Positions 21,266 through 32,367 of a stretch of DNA of 51,060 nucleotides are shown here, in pieces (position 1 is the first letter of the stretch; each line of letters opens with the position of its first letter). Both the position numbers and the translations under genes were made by a program. This DNA is from Trichomonas gallinae (Eukaryota), in assembly GCA_008369845.1 (NCBI GenBank), contig MRSU01011482.1:1-51060 (forward strand), written 5' to 3'. Below the pieces are notes generated by a model. That model did no database searches. It had not been told where the DNA came from and saw only the letters and a list, made by a program, of their open reading frames with translations.

Positions 21266-23461
21266 TCAAACATATTTTTTGATCCTTGAAAATATTTCAT
21301 TTTGCAATTGATAATAAATCTTTCTAAGTTCTGCATCTTTTTCGAACAATCGAATCATTATACCCTCAAGGTTCTGCCAAATCATTCTCTCGCGTGAATT
21401 AAGCGAATCAATGAATTCAACAGATTTTCCAAGAGTAGCTGAAATGAAGCAAATCGCGAAAATAATATTATCATTACTGCAATTCTTAAGAGCGTATTTA
21501 AGGACTGCTTCTCCGCTCTTCAAGACATCTTCAAGGCGAGCAATATAATCAATCATTGACATAAGAAACAGGAACTGGTTATGAAGCGGAACAAGTGAAA
21601 TACTTTCCAGTCCTACTGAAATTCTCATATAATATTGATTAATTAGCAATCTCTTGTTCTTTGAAACGCCAATGCCTGAAAAGCACTGTGGGAGTTCTAT
21701 ATTGGATAGTGTTGTATCCATGTGATATCTCCATTTCTGCTTTAGCGAAGAAACTAAATTCTTGAAATCTTTTGAGCTGCACTGATCGAGGATCATCTCG
21801 TATTTAGTTGAAAGGAAGAGAATATTATTGTGATTCGTTCTCAGTATTTCGTCATATTGGGAAATGAAACCATTAAAAGTAGCATTCTTAAATCCAACGG
21901 ATTTAATATACAACTTAATGAATTTCTGTGCAATACTAAGGACGTTATTATCATAGAATCTGTCAGCATTCGAAATCCACTGCTGAAGAAGATTCAAGCA
22001 TGACTTGAGTTGAATCATATACTCAAAGTCCATTGATTGCTTTACTACTTGATCGTATTCACAGACTTGCAAGTAATCAGCGAATGAAACAGGATTTCTT
22101 TCTTTGAGTTTTTCTTGACATTCTTGACACGGCGGTTTCCCGTCAGTGACCTTTACTATGCATTCTTGACAAAGTCCTGTCAGATCTTTCGCAAACTGGT
22201 TCTTGAATTTCGATGAAATCTGCGTATTCATTTCGCACCATCTAGCTACTGTGATATCCATCTGCGTAGATTTGACGTCAATGTATCTCCAGAGTCTCTC
22301 AAAAGACGGAATTGTGTATTCGGGAGATTTAAGGGATGGTTTAGTAAAAACAACATTTTTCTCAATCTTGTTGAAAGTAACTGGAGGCAAAACCTTTGGA
22401 TACATTTTCAGAAGGACAGGAACATATTGTTTGTCAGTCATTGATAAGCCGAGTTTGACTAGAATCTTTGGTAATTCGATGCATTTATGTGCGGAAGCAA
22501 ATAAAATCGATGCATCAAGCAAAGATGACGCGTATCTGATATAATGCTGTTCAAAATCTGAGAAACCAGCAGGAATGTCAACGATTGATGTGATGTTGTT
22601 AAAGATAGATTTGTTCGCTGAAGATTTGAAAATTTTGATTGATCTTTCAGCGACTTTAAGAAAAGCATTGATGTGATTTGTAAAGTGTGATACATTCAAC
22701 ATCATGCTTATTTGCGGAATTAAAATACTTCGAACTAAAAATTCGATTATTTTTTCTTCTGGCCAACCTCTTTGTGAAAGTAAAACCAATAAGTTAACAT
22801 GCATAACAGGAAGAAGGCAAAGATTCTTGATAATACTGACAGACAGCGTTTTCGCGTGAATTTCAATATTTGCAGTTGGTAAATTTGTTTCTGAAAGCTG
22901 AATGTCATGACAAAAGTAGGCGTGCACATCTTCATATACTGCTTCTATGTAATAAAGTGTTGCAGAAGAAAGAAAAAACGGTCTGAGAACGATTTCAATT
23001 GCATTTTGAGGTAATCGCATTACTGCATTTGTGTAGTATTGATATGCATAAGCTAGGTGCTCACGGCATGAAAAATATCCGAATATCGAAGGAATGACTG
23101 AATAAATTAAAAATGTGAAATTTGGTGAATCCAAATCTTTAAATGCAAATTCAGTAACATGTGCTAGTTGATCTGGACTCTGAATAAAGAACTCATATAG
23201 TTTGCAAACGAAATGCATCTGTTGGGCTGAAATACATTCTGTTATTCTGGGCTGTTGAGCAATAAATTGTAAGATTCCTTGTTTAGATTGAGGGAAAAAT
23301 GATGGTAGTTTTGGCTCATCTAGAAGATGACTCAAAATTAAAAATCTCTGCTTAAGTAGAAGAACATCTGTGATTTGTGCAAGGTGATCAACGCATTTCT
23401 CCATATGATCAGGTGTGTTTAGTGGGTAATGCATGTTAATAAAGTTGATCACTTCTTGCAT
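21266..23461 (-). CDS. Hypothetical protein (731 aa, mainly helical)
   Basis: Long ORF with coding-like composition and an internal CQEC..CQEC pair; no recognisable family. Confidence 0.75.
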   Translation of the reverse strand: MQEVINFINMHYPLNTPDHMEKCVDHLAQITDVLLLKQRFLILSHLLDEPKLPSFFPQSKQGILQFIAQQPRITECISAQQMHFVCKLYEFFIQSPDQLAHVTEFAFKDLDSPNFTFLIYSVIPSIFGYFSCREHLAYAYQYYTNAVMRLPQNAIEIVLRPFFLSSATLYYIEAVYEDVHAYFCHDIQLSETNLPTANIEIHAKTLSVSIIKNLCLLPVMHVNLLVLLSQRGWPEEKIIEFLVRSILIPQISMMLNVSHFTNHINAFLKVAERSIKIFKSSANKSIFNNITSIVDIPAGFSDFEQHYIRYASSLLDASILFASAHKCIELPKILVKLGLSMTDKQYVPVLLKMYPKVLPPVTFNKIEKNVVFTKPSLKSPEYTIPSFERLWRYIDVKSTQMDITVARWCEMNTQISSKFKNQFAKDLTGLCQECIVKVTDGKPPCQECQEKLKERNPVSFADYLQVCEYDQVVKQSMDFEYMIQLKSCLNLLQQWISNADRFYDNNVLSIAQKFIKLYIKSVGFKNATFNGFISQYDEILRTNHNNILFLSTKYEMILDQCSSKDFKNLVSSLKQKWRYHMDTTLSNIELPQCFSGIGVSKNKRLLINQYYMRISVGLESISLVPLHNQFLFLMSMIDYIARLEDVLKSGEAVLKYALKNCSNDNIIFAICFISATLGKSVEFIDSLNSRERMIWQNLEGIMIRLFEKDAELRKIYYQLQNEIFSRIKKYV

Positions 23462-23469
23462 GTTGTATT

Positions 23470-23935
23470 TTTTGACATGTCAATTTTCCCGGTAAGAGAA
23501 TTTTGACATGTAAACCCACAATTTTATTACATATGTCATGTAAAATACAAATTCAATTCACATATGACATGTAAACTCCGAATTCTAATATAGTTCATAA
23601 TTTGTCATGTAAATTTATTAAAAATCAATACAATAATTTATTAAAAATCAATACTATTATATTTGACATGTAAAATGTATTAATATTTTAGATCCTTTTC
23701 CAAAGCAATCAAGGTAACTATAAGGTAAATAATCGTTGATTATCCATGTAAAATTGTCCAAATACTTTTCCATTGCTATCAAACAGTAATATATATATTG
23801 CTGTCATGTAAGTCACAAAATTCAATTAAAATGTCACATAAGTGTTAATAAATTGACATGTAAAATGTATTATTATTTTAGAGCTTTTCCCAAAGCAATA
23901 TAGACAATAATGAAGTAACTAATCACTGATTTTCT
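23470..23935. repeat. Divergent-promoter region with many TGACATGTAAA/TGTCATGTAA motifs and local duplications
   Basis: Motifs at ~23473 (palindromic TGACATGTCA), 23504, 23534, 23564, 23603, 23664, 23802 and 23854. An ~80-bp direct repeat at 23663/23853 and a 23-bp tandem pair at ~23612-23658. Confidence 0.85.
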
Positions 23936-24097
23936 GTACTACTCACTTTTGCACCCTGGTGCACTATATTTCTCCCCTCAAAATGGAATCGTGATGAAAA
24001 TTGGTGCAAAATCCCTGTTTTTTTTTATAAAAAAGATCTGATTTTTAAGGTTAATTTCGGCATAATTTTGTCATATTTTTGAAAAATTGACATTCTT

Positions 24098-25597
24098 ATG
24101 AGTGTTGCTGATGCGAATGTGAAATACGACAGACAAATTCGTCTTTGGGGTGTTGACGGCCAAAAGTTGATTAATGCTGCAAAGGTTGTCTGTTTTGGTT
24201 CAGATATCTTAACAACAGAATTTCTTAAGTCCATGTCACTTCATGCTGTCGGCCACATCGTTATTATTGATGATGCTGTTGTGACTGAAGCTGATCTCAT
24301 GCAGAATTTCTTTGTGGCTAAAGAAGATCTTAACAAGAATCGTGCTGAAGTTACAAGCGAACGTATTCATGAACTTAATCCCGACTATACGGTAGAATAT
24401 ATTATTAAGCCACGTGATGATTACAAAATTTTAGAAGATTCTTCATATGATTCAAATACTTTCGTTTTTACCTCAGGCATTATCACATCGTCAAAGATGG
24501 AAGAACTCTCAAGCATCATCCGTAAAAAAGGAATGAGACAAATTCATGTCACCTGCTCAGGATTTTATGGAGGATTTTATCTTGATGCTAACGACCATTA
24601 CGCGCTCCCAGGAGGCACAATGATGGCAGAATCTATGGATTACCGCATTTCCCAGCCATGGAAAGAACTTGCTGAATACATGGAAAATGCAAACTTCGAT
24701 AATCTTGACTATATTGGCAAAAATCACTATCCATGGATTGTTCTATCGTACTATGTTCTCAAGCACGTCAAAGAGCAGTATCCAGACTACGATCCAATTA
24801 AAAATGGATACAGTAAAGATTACAAAGCAAAATTTGTTGCACAGCTCCATAAAGATCAGATTGTTGATGAAACCCATTTATTGAAATCTGAACTCGTTGA
24901 AAAGGTTGAAACCAATTTCCCTAAATTATGTCAACAACCAAATTGGCCTAACTACGCTTCTAACCTTAATGACCTTGATTCTAAGCCAAAGACCAAATTC
25001 TGGGAATGCGTCAGAGCAACAGAAGAATTCAAAAAATTGCATGGCGTTTATCCACTTGTTGGCGACATTCCGGACATGGAGTCCAAAAACACGATCTTCA
25101 GGGAGATAAAGGCTATTTACAAGGATAAGCACGATAAAGATACAGAAGAAATTATCAAAATGCTTCCGAATGTCGACCCGGAGTTCGTTAGACAATATTG
25201 CAACTATTTTTGGAAATCTAAAGGTTGCGTCTATGATACTCTTCCTGTTACTATGGCTAGACGTAACCGCCAAGCATTCATTGAAACAGTTTTTATTGCT
25301 GAGAGAGAATTCTTCTCAAAGAACAACCGCCTTCCTGATGTGAATAATGAGGAAGACTTCAAATATATCTTCGAGAATTCAAAGAAACTCATCACTAATT
25401 TCAAAGAGCCAAATGATTCAGAAAAACTTGAAAAAATCATCAAATGTTATCTCCGCTTTGGTGGTAAAATTCTTGCTGGTGTTGCTTCTACGGTTTGCTC
25501 CCTCGCAGCACAAGAAGCTACTAAAGTCATCATCCACCAACAGACACCAATCGAGAATGCTGTTATTTTCGACTTCGTAGAAAATCAGTTTAATTAA
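24098..25597 (+). CDS. NAE1: NEDD8-activating enzyme E1 regulatory subunit (APP-BP1/Ula1, ThiF family)
   Basis: KYDRQIRLWGVDGQ, HYPWIVL, PLVGDIPDMESK, AAQEATKVIIHQQTPIEN. Confidence 0.9.
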   Translation: MSVADANVKYDRQIRLWGVDGQKLINAAKVVCFGSDILTTEFLKSMSLHAVGHIVIIDDAVVTEADLMQNFFVAKEDLNKNRAEVTSERIHELNPDYTVEYIIKPRDDYKILEDSSYDSNTFVFTSGIITSSKMEELSSIIRKKGMRQIHVTCSGFYGGFYLDANDHYALPGGTMMAESMDYRISQPWKELAEYMENANFDNLDYIGKNHYPWIVLSYYVLKHVKEQYPDYDPIKNGYSKDYKAKFVAQLHKDQIVDETHLLKSELVEKVETNFPKLCQQPNWPNYASNLNDLDSKPKTKFWECVRATEEFKKLHGVYPLVGDIPDMESKNTIFREIKAIYKDKHDKDTEEIIKMLPNVDPEFVRQYCNYFWKSKGCVYDTLPVTMARRNRQAFIETVFIAEREFFSKNNRLPDVNNEEDFKYIFENSKKLITNFKEPNDSEKLEKIIKCYLRFGGKILAGVASTVCSLAAQEATKVIIHQQTPIENAVIFDFVENQFN

Positions 25598-25977
25598 ACA
25601 TAATTTTTGAATAATTCATGTAAAAACTCAAATAAAATTAATTAGTCTAAAATATTCCGTCAAACTAAATATGACGCTATACATGTTTCCAAAAATGAAA
25701 TAGGAAAAAAAAAATAATCCCTGCAGATTCAAAAACAACATCACTCTCACACCAGCAATAATGCCATCGAAATAATCATTTTGATAAAGTTTAGCATGTT
25801 TTTCGATTGCACAAATTGATATTATTTTTGTCATGTAAAAATTAATAAATGACGTGTAAAATGACAAAATTAATTCAATCATAATATTTTGTCATGTAAT
25901 GAATCAAGAGTCAAAAAAATATGATTTCACGTCACTTTTTGGTATTTTAATAAAAAAGTCGACATCATATTTATAAA

Positions 25978-27057
25978 ATGAGTCAACGCCAGAGACTTAT
26001 TACAAAATTAACAAATACATTACTTCCGGAAATCAAAGCAAATTACTATCTCAATATCATCAAGCGAGAAGAAGACAGCTCTGCACAACATATGTTACTT
26101 GATCTCTTAGAAGAACTTGATTTCCAACATCCAAATGCAGGCATCAAAAAGGCTTTGAATGATGTAAAAAATAAGAAGCCTTTTCAAATCGGAAAGCTTG
26201 TTTACATCGCACCAGATCAAAATCATAATCAAAGTTCACGACTAATAATAGATAATCAAATCAAAGAACTTTTGTTCGAAAATGCTCTTGAAGAAATCAA
26301 TAGAATTACCAAATATAATCCAACACCTGATTACTACAGCAATTTAGTTAAAATTTATATGGGTATGCTAGATTTTAGATCTGCATTAAAGTACGCTATC
26401 AATAGCGATAATTTGGAAGTTGAATTCCTGTGTTCTTATGCATCTGGTGATTTTGCAAGAACTGTTAGTTTGATTGATAGAATTCTGCCATTTCTTCAAG
26501 CAGATAAGATAAAATATGCAACTGTATACGAATTTGTTCACATAATGTGCTTAGCAACACTTGCAATTGATTCTCCAATCAAAGCAGTTGAATTATTTAG
26601 CAAGCTTCAGAACACATATACAAAATTCGAATTCTTCAAACTCAATAAGCTTTTCACAGATATTAGCTGTCATAATTTTGAATCGTATTTTAATCAAATG
26701 GATACATTCGAATCATTCTTCCTCGATTCAATTTACTCCGCACCAGTTGCTTCAGATCTTATTTCCCGCATTAAAATCTCGCTTTTCAGTTCTGTTTTGA
26801 ATAATTTCGGGAGAGTTACGTTTGATGAGCTGGAAAAGATTACGCATTTGGTATATCCCGACATCAAGATGCTTGCTCGCCAATCAATTCGTAATGGATT
26901 GGTTTTCGGAAAAATTGATTTGATTAATAATGAATTCATCAATGAAAACCCGGATTCTCAAAAGATAAACCGTGACGTACGTGATAAGGTACAAGTAATC
27001 ATCGAAAAAATGAAATTCGCTCAATGGGAAAGAATGGTCAAATTATCCCAGCAATAA
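25978..27057 (+). CDS. PCI-domain protein (CSN1/Rpn7-like)
   Basis: YASGDFA, YEFVHIMCLATLA, FFLDSIYSAP..LISRIK and a C-terminal winged-helix pattern (FGRVTFDEL...IRNGLVFGKIDLIN). Confidence 0.7.
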   Translation: MSQRQRLITKLTNTLLPEIKANYYLNIIKREEDSSAQHMLLDLLEELDFQHPNAGIKKALNDVKNKKPFQIGKLVYIAPDQNHNQSSRLIIDNQIKELLFENALEEINRITKYNPTPDYYSNLVKIYMGMLDFRSALKYAINSDNLEVEFLCSYASGDFARTVSLIDRILPFLQADKIKYATVYEFVHIMCLATLAIDSPIKAVELFSKLQNTYTKFEFFKLNKLFTDISCHNFESYFNQMDTFESFFLDSIYSAPVASDLISRIKISLFSSVLNNFGRVTFDELEKITHLVYPDIKMLARQSIRNGLVFGKIDLINNEFINENPDSQKINRDVRDKVQVIIEKMKFAQWERMVKLSQQ

Positions 27058-27404
27058 AACATTGCAACGAATTCACGACTAAACTGTACGTTATCTGTTT
27101 AATTTTTTTTTAAATTGAATCAATCTTGAAAGTATTAATTTCAAATATAATCATTAAGTTATGAGTATTTTCCCCTACAATGACTCGTAAAAATCGCTAC
27201 CGCAGTAAAAAAAAAACAAAATAATTATTCAATTTTTTCATGTATTTCGTCATAATAATGGTGAATTTTTGAAGGTAAGCTATAATTATATGCATATGTA
27301 GATTTGAATTATAAAGGTTTCATATGAAATTTTGAATTAATATGAAATATAATGAAAAATTCCTAAAATATTACAGACAAAAAAAAATTTTCAAAAAATT
27401 TTTA

Positions 27405-28634
27405 ATGACGAGGTTTTCTCTTAACATTCCCAAGCTTTTACCGAATGATTTCGTTGAGAAAGACTTCACAATTATTATCAATGACAAGAAGTATATGATA
27501 AACTCATTAATTGCGGCGACACACTCGAAGAAATTGTACAATTTATTTCTCGAAGATCCAATTGCAACAGAATATTCGATTAAAGGACCAGTCGGAGACT
27601 ACAATATCGTTATAAATTTCTTGAATGGCATAAAAATTGAACCCTCGCCTTTAAATGCTCTCTTTCTTTTATCCGTAGCAAATATTCTCCAATCTTCTGA
27701 TTTATTTGAGACAGTTACTTCTTCTCTTACAGAGCCCCTGAATAGCACCGATGTTTTAGAATTATGTAAAGAAGCTTACGCAAATCAAATGAATTGCGAT
27801 TTTTACGCTGATATCATTGCTTTATCATTAAATGATCTCATAAAACAAGACAAATTACCGAAAGACCTTGATCATGCAATCATCGATATTATATTACAAA
27901 GCGCAAAATCGAAGAATGATCTGATTGATCCTGTTCTTCTTAAAAAATTCATAAACTCTGTAATAAATATTAACGAGCATCCTAATGATCGCCTTGTGTG
28001 CAGTTATCCATTCTCAATTTGCTCACAAGATGAAATTTCAGCTTTAATAAATTCAAAGAAATTCAATATAAACAAAGTTAAGGATATTCTTCTCAAACGC
28101 GCATTAACATCCAATTGCAGAGTCAACAACCTCTCAATTTACACTACAATTCCTGGAAAAGCATTAGATGGAATTATTCATTTGTTTGAAGCTCCAGAAA
28201 TAACAGCATCATCATTTTATGGCAAAGGATTCGAACCTGAAATATTATTAGAGAAAGAACCAGTTTCTTCATCACCAAGAAATTATTATTGCAGTAAAGG
28301 CGGTCCAAACGAGTGGCTGATGTTTAAATTCAATGGGTGTTCCATAAATGCTACAAAATACACAATTAGAAGCTGGTATGGCGCAAGTAACAAAGTTGCC
28401 CCTTCTTCTTGGGAATTTTACGGAAGTGCTGATGGAGTAACTTGGGATTTGCTAGATAGAAGGAAAGACGAAACATGCCTTTGCCAGGATGATCATGAAG
28501 AGTTATTTACTGTCACAGAAAATGAATCTTTTTATACTATGTTCAAATTAGTTCAGCTCAAGTCTTTGAACCACAGAAATACAGTATTTGCCATATCAGG
28601 CTTCGAAATTTTTGGAAAAGTGAAACATTTGTAA
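27405..28634 (+). CDS. BTB/POZ-like plus F5/8 type C (discoidin) domain protein
   Basis: Likely ATG at 27405 (MTRFSL). KDFTIIINDKKY..NSLIAATHS (BTB-like); C-terminal EWLMFKF, YTIRS, PSSWEFYGSADGVTWDLLD, GFEIFG. Confidence 0.8.
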   Translation: MTRFSLNIPKLLPNDFVEKDFTIIINDKKYMINSLIAATHSKKLYNLFLEDPIATEYSIKGPVGDYNIVINFLNGIKIEPSPLNALFLLSVANILQSSDLFETVTSSLTEPLNSTDVLELCKEAYANQMNCDFYADIIALSLNDLIKQDKLPKDLDHAIIDIILQSAKSKNDLIDPVLLKKFINSVININEHPNDRLVCSYPFSICSQDEISALINSKKFNINKVKDILLKRALTSNCRVNNLSIYTTIPGKALDGIIHLFEAPEITASSFYGKGFEPEILLEKEPVSSSPRNYYCSKGGPNEWLMFKFNGCSINATKYTIRSWYGASNKVAPSSWEFYGSADGVTWDLLDRRKDETCLCQDDHEELFTVTENESFYTMFKLVQLKSLNHRNTVFAISGFEIFGKVKHL

Positions 28635-28775
28635 TTTTTTTTATTATGTCATAAAGTATCAATTGTATTATCATTATATCGTATATTTAGCGTATATAAC
28701 AACATTTTTAATGCATTTAATTGCATTTTTTCTTTACAATTAAAATTTAATAACATATAATAACAAAAATTAAGA

Positions 28776-29321
28776 TCATGCTGATGATGCGGTATTAACA
28801 AACATCAGATAAATGTTTTCAAACAAGATTGTAAATCCGATCACGATGCGATACATTAATCGGACAACTCTTGCTGCTGTTTTGAGGAATTTTAATAAAA
28901 GCATTGTCGAGATATTGCACAAAAACACGTACAACATATAAATAAATCGTACTGTTGTCTTTGTTATAGATAAAATTACGTTGTAAAGAATTCTAATAGG
29001 ATAAAGAACTTCGCGTAATATGCCCATAATCATTTTGAATGATCTGATTGTAATTACTTGCACAAAAAGTCTGAATCTGTTTAAATCTGTTTTCCATTTC
29101 CTTTGGTCTCGTTTTATTTCGATTAAATCGTCTTCAACAATCAAGAACCACGTATTTAATATATAATCCTGAACAGTTGTGAAGATATTTCGAATGAATT
29201 TTGTTTTTGATGAGATAGAAATCCTTATTTCTTGCTGTGTTTCTTCGTCTGCAACTATATAATAAAAGTGAAAGCATTCAATCACTGCGAATAATAGAAA
29301 AAAGATAAAAATTTTAGACAT
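28776..29321 (-). CDS. Hypothetical membrane/secreted protein
   Basis: ATG at 29321 (MSKIFIFFLLFAVIE); hydrophobic and amphipathic helices; AAAAAGTGAC nearby. Confidence 0.6.
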   Translation of the reverse strand: MSKIFIFFLLFAVIECFHFYYIVADEETQQEIRISISSKTKFIRNIFTTVQDYILNTWFLIVEDDLIEIKRDQRKWKTDLNRFRLFVQVITIRSFKMIMGILREVLYPIRILYNVILSITKTTVRFIYMLYVFLCNISTMLLLKFLKTAARVVRLMYRIVIGFTILFENIYLMFVNTASSA

Positions 29322-29686
29322 GAAGAAAATTAAAAAGTGACAATATATTGACAAAGTAAACCTGAAATGTCAAAAAATGGTTATTTTTGACATTGTAAAC
29401 TTAATTCGTCAGATAAATAAAAGTGGTTATAATTTTGAAATATTGATGTAATTATGTCAAATTAATAAAAAAAGCAGAGAAAGGGCTTCATACACATCTC
29501 GCATAGTTTTGTCCTATATTCAAAATATAAGTAGGTATGTCCACAATGATAAATTTTATAAAGATCTAGCAGAATTTCCTACCTCTATTAAAGAAATAAT
29601 AATTTTGCCATGTAAAATAGGCTTGTCAAATTTAAAAGTGACAATTTCATAATTTCAATTGAAAAGTAACAACGATTTCAAAAAAT

Positions 29687-31147
29687 ATGGAAAAACATGA
29701 TAACTTTTTTCTCTTTAATGATCCACATTCTAATCCAAAACCGATCATAACAGCGCAGTATTTATGCCTGGGAACTATTTTCTTCGGTTTTACGATGGAA
29801 TTGTTCGTTTTATTGACCGAATTCAGACATTTAAAAAGATTATCAAATCAATATCGCGCTTTTTCAGCTGAAACTGATTCCATAGACTACAAAACATCAG
29901 TGATGATAGCATATTTAATCAAAATCATCCTATTATACGCATCTCTCTTTACTTGCATTTATAAATTGAAATATTTTTGGCGTCATTTCCATTCAAATAC
30001 GAAATTCGCGTTATTAGTGTTCTTCTATGCGGAAATCGTTGTCAATTTCGTTCCATCTATTCACAAAACCTTTTTCGTTGAACGAAAATTCGGATTTAAT
30101 CAGACTTCTATACATATTTTCCTCAGAGACTTCATATTGAAGGTCATACTTCACTTTTTCGTGTACATTTTATTCCTAATTCCTGTTTGTTTACGCGCAA
30201 GTAAAGTTGATCTCCAAGCGCCGCGAAAAAGACGAACAAAATTACATATTGTCGAAGTTAAACCTACAGAACTAGCTCCTCTGCAGGATAATGAGGATGA
30301 GCTCTCAGATGTAGGCTTGGTCGGAATGGATGATGATTCAGAAGACGGAGAAGACGGAAATGCTTTCTTTAAACATTCATCAAACTTCTGGGCGTTCACA
30401 ACAATCCATCTTTTCTTCGTTGTTTTGCTTTGCTCATTTATTTATCCATATACAGATAATCTCTTTGCTACATTGAAACCAGCATCATTGGAAAACAATA
30501 AAAACAAATACAACGCAATAATGAGCGGTTTTAAGAATAACAACGGCCAAAATTTACAAATTTTATTTCCAACACGAAATTCACACATTAGTTATGGGAT
30601 TCATGGTTACTGGTCACCAAAACCATATGTTTCTGAACAAATTCTCAAGCTCTTCCAACTGGATGAGCTTAAAGCAGTTGGAAAAGAATTAAATACGCAA
30701 ATGAAAACGAAAGCAGGCATAAATATACTCAGAACATCATTCAATATATTCCCAGTAGTGTTTTACGGATTGATATTTAAACAAGTAATGAGAACTGGAG
30801 TTGCACCATATGGTGTTCAACGCGGCCGACCAATTGCGATTGTCTGTTTTATTGCTTTCTGCTTCTTCTATACATGCCATATATTCACAAAGATATATCT
30901 CCACATCTTCGAAAGGAAATTTGTTTTCGAGGCTGACATAAATGTAGCCAAAAAAGGCTACGAAATTAAAAACGCTCTGATCAAAATGTACAGAGTCAAC
31001 TTAGAAGCTGTTTCTCCCAGCCTTCTCTACAAAATATTTTATAATGGAGTTCCTCCATTATCGGAAAGGATCGATAAGATCAACAAGTTCCTAAACAGTA
31101 AGCCACAGCTAAGTTCAAGTTTCGAAAATATGCAAATTCAAAAATAA
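29687..31147 (+). CDS. Ste24/CAAX prenyl protease (peptidase M48A)-like protein lacking HExxH
   Basis: TFFVERKFGFNQTSIHIFLRDFILK, FEADIN and PPLSERI match Ste24; multiple TM segments; the zinc-motif position reads ELKAVGKELNT. Confidence 0.85.
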   Translation: MEKHDNFFLFNDPHSNPKPIITAQYLCLGTIFFGFTMELFVLLTEFRHLKRLSNQYRAFSAETDSIDYKTSVMIAYLIKIILLYASLFTCIYKLKYFWRHFHSNTKFALLVFFYAEIVVNFVPSIHKTFFVERKFGFNQTSIHIFLRDFILKVILHFFVYILFLIPVCLRASKVDLQAPRKRRTKLHIVEVKPTELAPLQDNEDELSDVGLVGMDDDSEDGEDGNAFFKHSSNFWAFTTIHLFFVVLLCSFIYPYTDNLFATLKPASLENNKNKYNAIMSGFKNNNGQNLQILFPTRNSHISYGIHGYWSPKPYVSEQILKLFQLDELKAVGKELNTQMKTKAGINILRTSFNIFPVVFYGLIFKQVMRTGVAPYGVQRGRPIAIVCFIAFCFFYTCHIFTKIYLHIFERKFVFEADINVAKKGYEIKNALIKMYRVNLEAVSPSLLYKIFYNGVPPLSERIDKINKFLNSKPQLSSSFENMQIQK

Positions 31148-31475
31148 TCTTTACTCAAACTTATAGATTATTGTTAATATTACATACATTACCTTAGCAT
31201 CTTACCTAATAATGTTATTAGGTTCTTTTCGGTTGAAATAATTGTTTATTATTTTTCATCATCATAAATATTGTCTTGTTATTTATAAAATTTGATTTCG
31301 AATGAATATGATCCTTTTGGAGCTTATAAACAAGCTGATAAAGCGCCAAAGTTAAAAAAAAATAATTATTTGAATGTAGTTATTGAAAACTTGTATATTC
31401 AAGTAATATCTACGATAATCATTCGATTATTTCGTTGTTTTGATAACAAATTGATGAAAATAATTTTTGATTTGA

Positions 31476-31820
31476 TTATTCATCCAAATGAAATGCAAGT
31501 ATCTGTCTCTGATCTCCTGATATAATTTCTTTTGGATCAACAACAACGCCATTACGTAATAAGCTGAATTTTTGATTAAAATTATGCATATGCTTTGATT
31601 TCATGAATTTAACAAAATCATATACTTTGTCATATGTCACACCTTCTTTAAACCACTCGAAAATAACTGTGCGTTCAGGAAATTCTATAATAATAAAATG
31701 GCGATCGTCTAAGAGTTCATCTCTTGATGCGAGAGATACACTGAAGTCAGAATCAGCACGTTCCTGTTCTTCTTCATCTTCAGGCTTGAAAAGTGGAATC
31801 GGATCAGGTGCAACCAACAT
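31476..31820 (-). CDS. Small UBX/ubiquitin-like domain protein
   Basis: 114 aa; FIIIEFPERTVIFEWFKEGVTYDKVYDFV resembles the UBX core. Confidence 0.55.
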   Translation of the reverse strand: MLVAPDPIPLFKPEDEEEQERADSDFSVSLASRDELLDDRHFIIIEFPERTVIFEWFKEGVTYDKVYDFVKFMKSKHMHNFNQKFSLLRNGVVVDPKEIISGDQRQILAFHLDE

Positions 31821-32367
31821 AAAAAAATGAAATCATGTCTTATCTATATCACCACCATTCTATTTTGTGACAATATTTTTTCTCAAAATACGCTTATTCC
31901 ATTTAAATTTTAATGAATTTGAAAAAAACTCGATATATCTCAAAAACCAACCGAAAACAGTTTATTCTTCATTAGTATACTAACATTTTGTTTTTGAAAA
32001 ATGATTTTTATTAACAAATAGTCATTATTGAAATAAATATTTTTGATGTTGAGTAATGAGGCTGCATTGAACCAATAACCCAACAAGTAATGCCAATCAC
32101 GCTCATTACACAAAGAAAAAGATATGATTTTGATTTCTTTCATTTCATATATTACAAAGCTTTAATATTTAACATTATCCATATCTACTAAAATTCTAAT
32201 CAATTTTATTATAGGAATTAATAAAATAGTAAATATGATAAATTTGATAAAAATATGTTCAGAATAGAGCAAAATTAAGTAAAAATTTAGATTTTTAAGG
32301 CCGTTATATGCTCAATGGAACAAGGTTGTAACTAAAATCGTTGGAAAATTCGATATAAAATTTTTTT

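Noticed and set aside
27342..27404. N-terminal extension MKYNEKFLKYY... of the BTB-F5/8C ORF
   Set aside because: Poly-A/T promoter-like sequence; the ATG at 27405 fits better.
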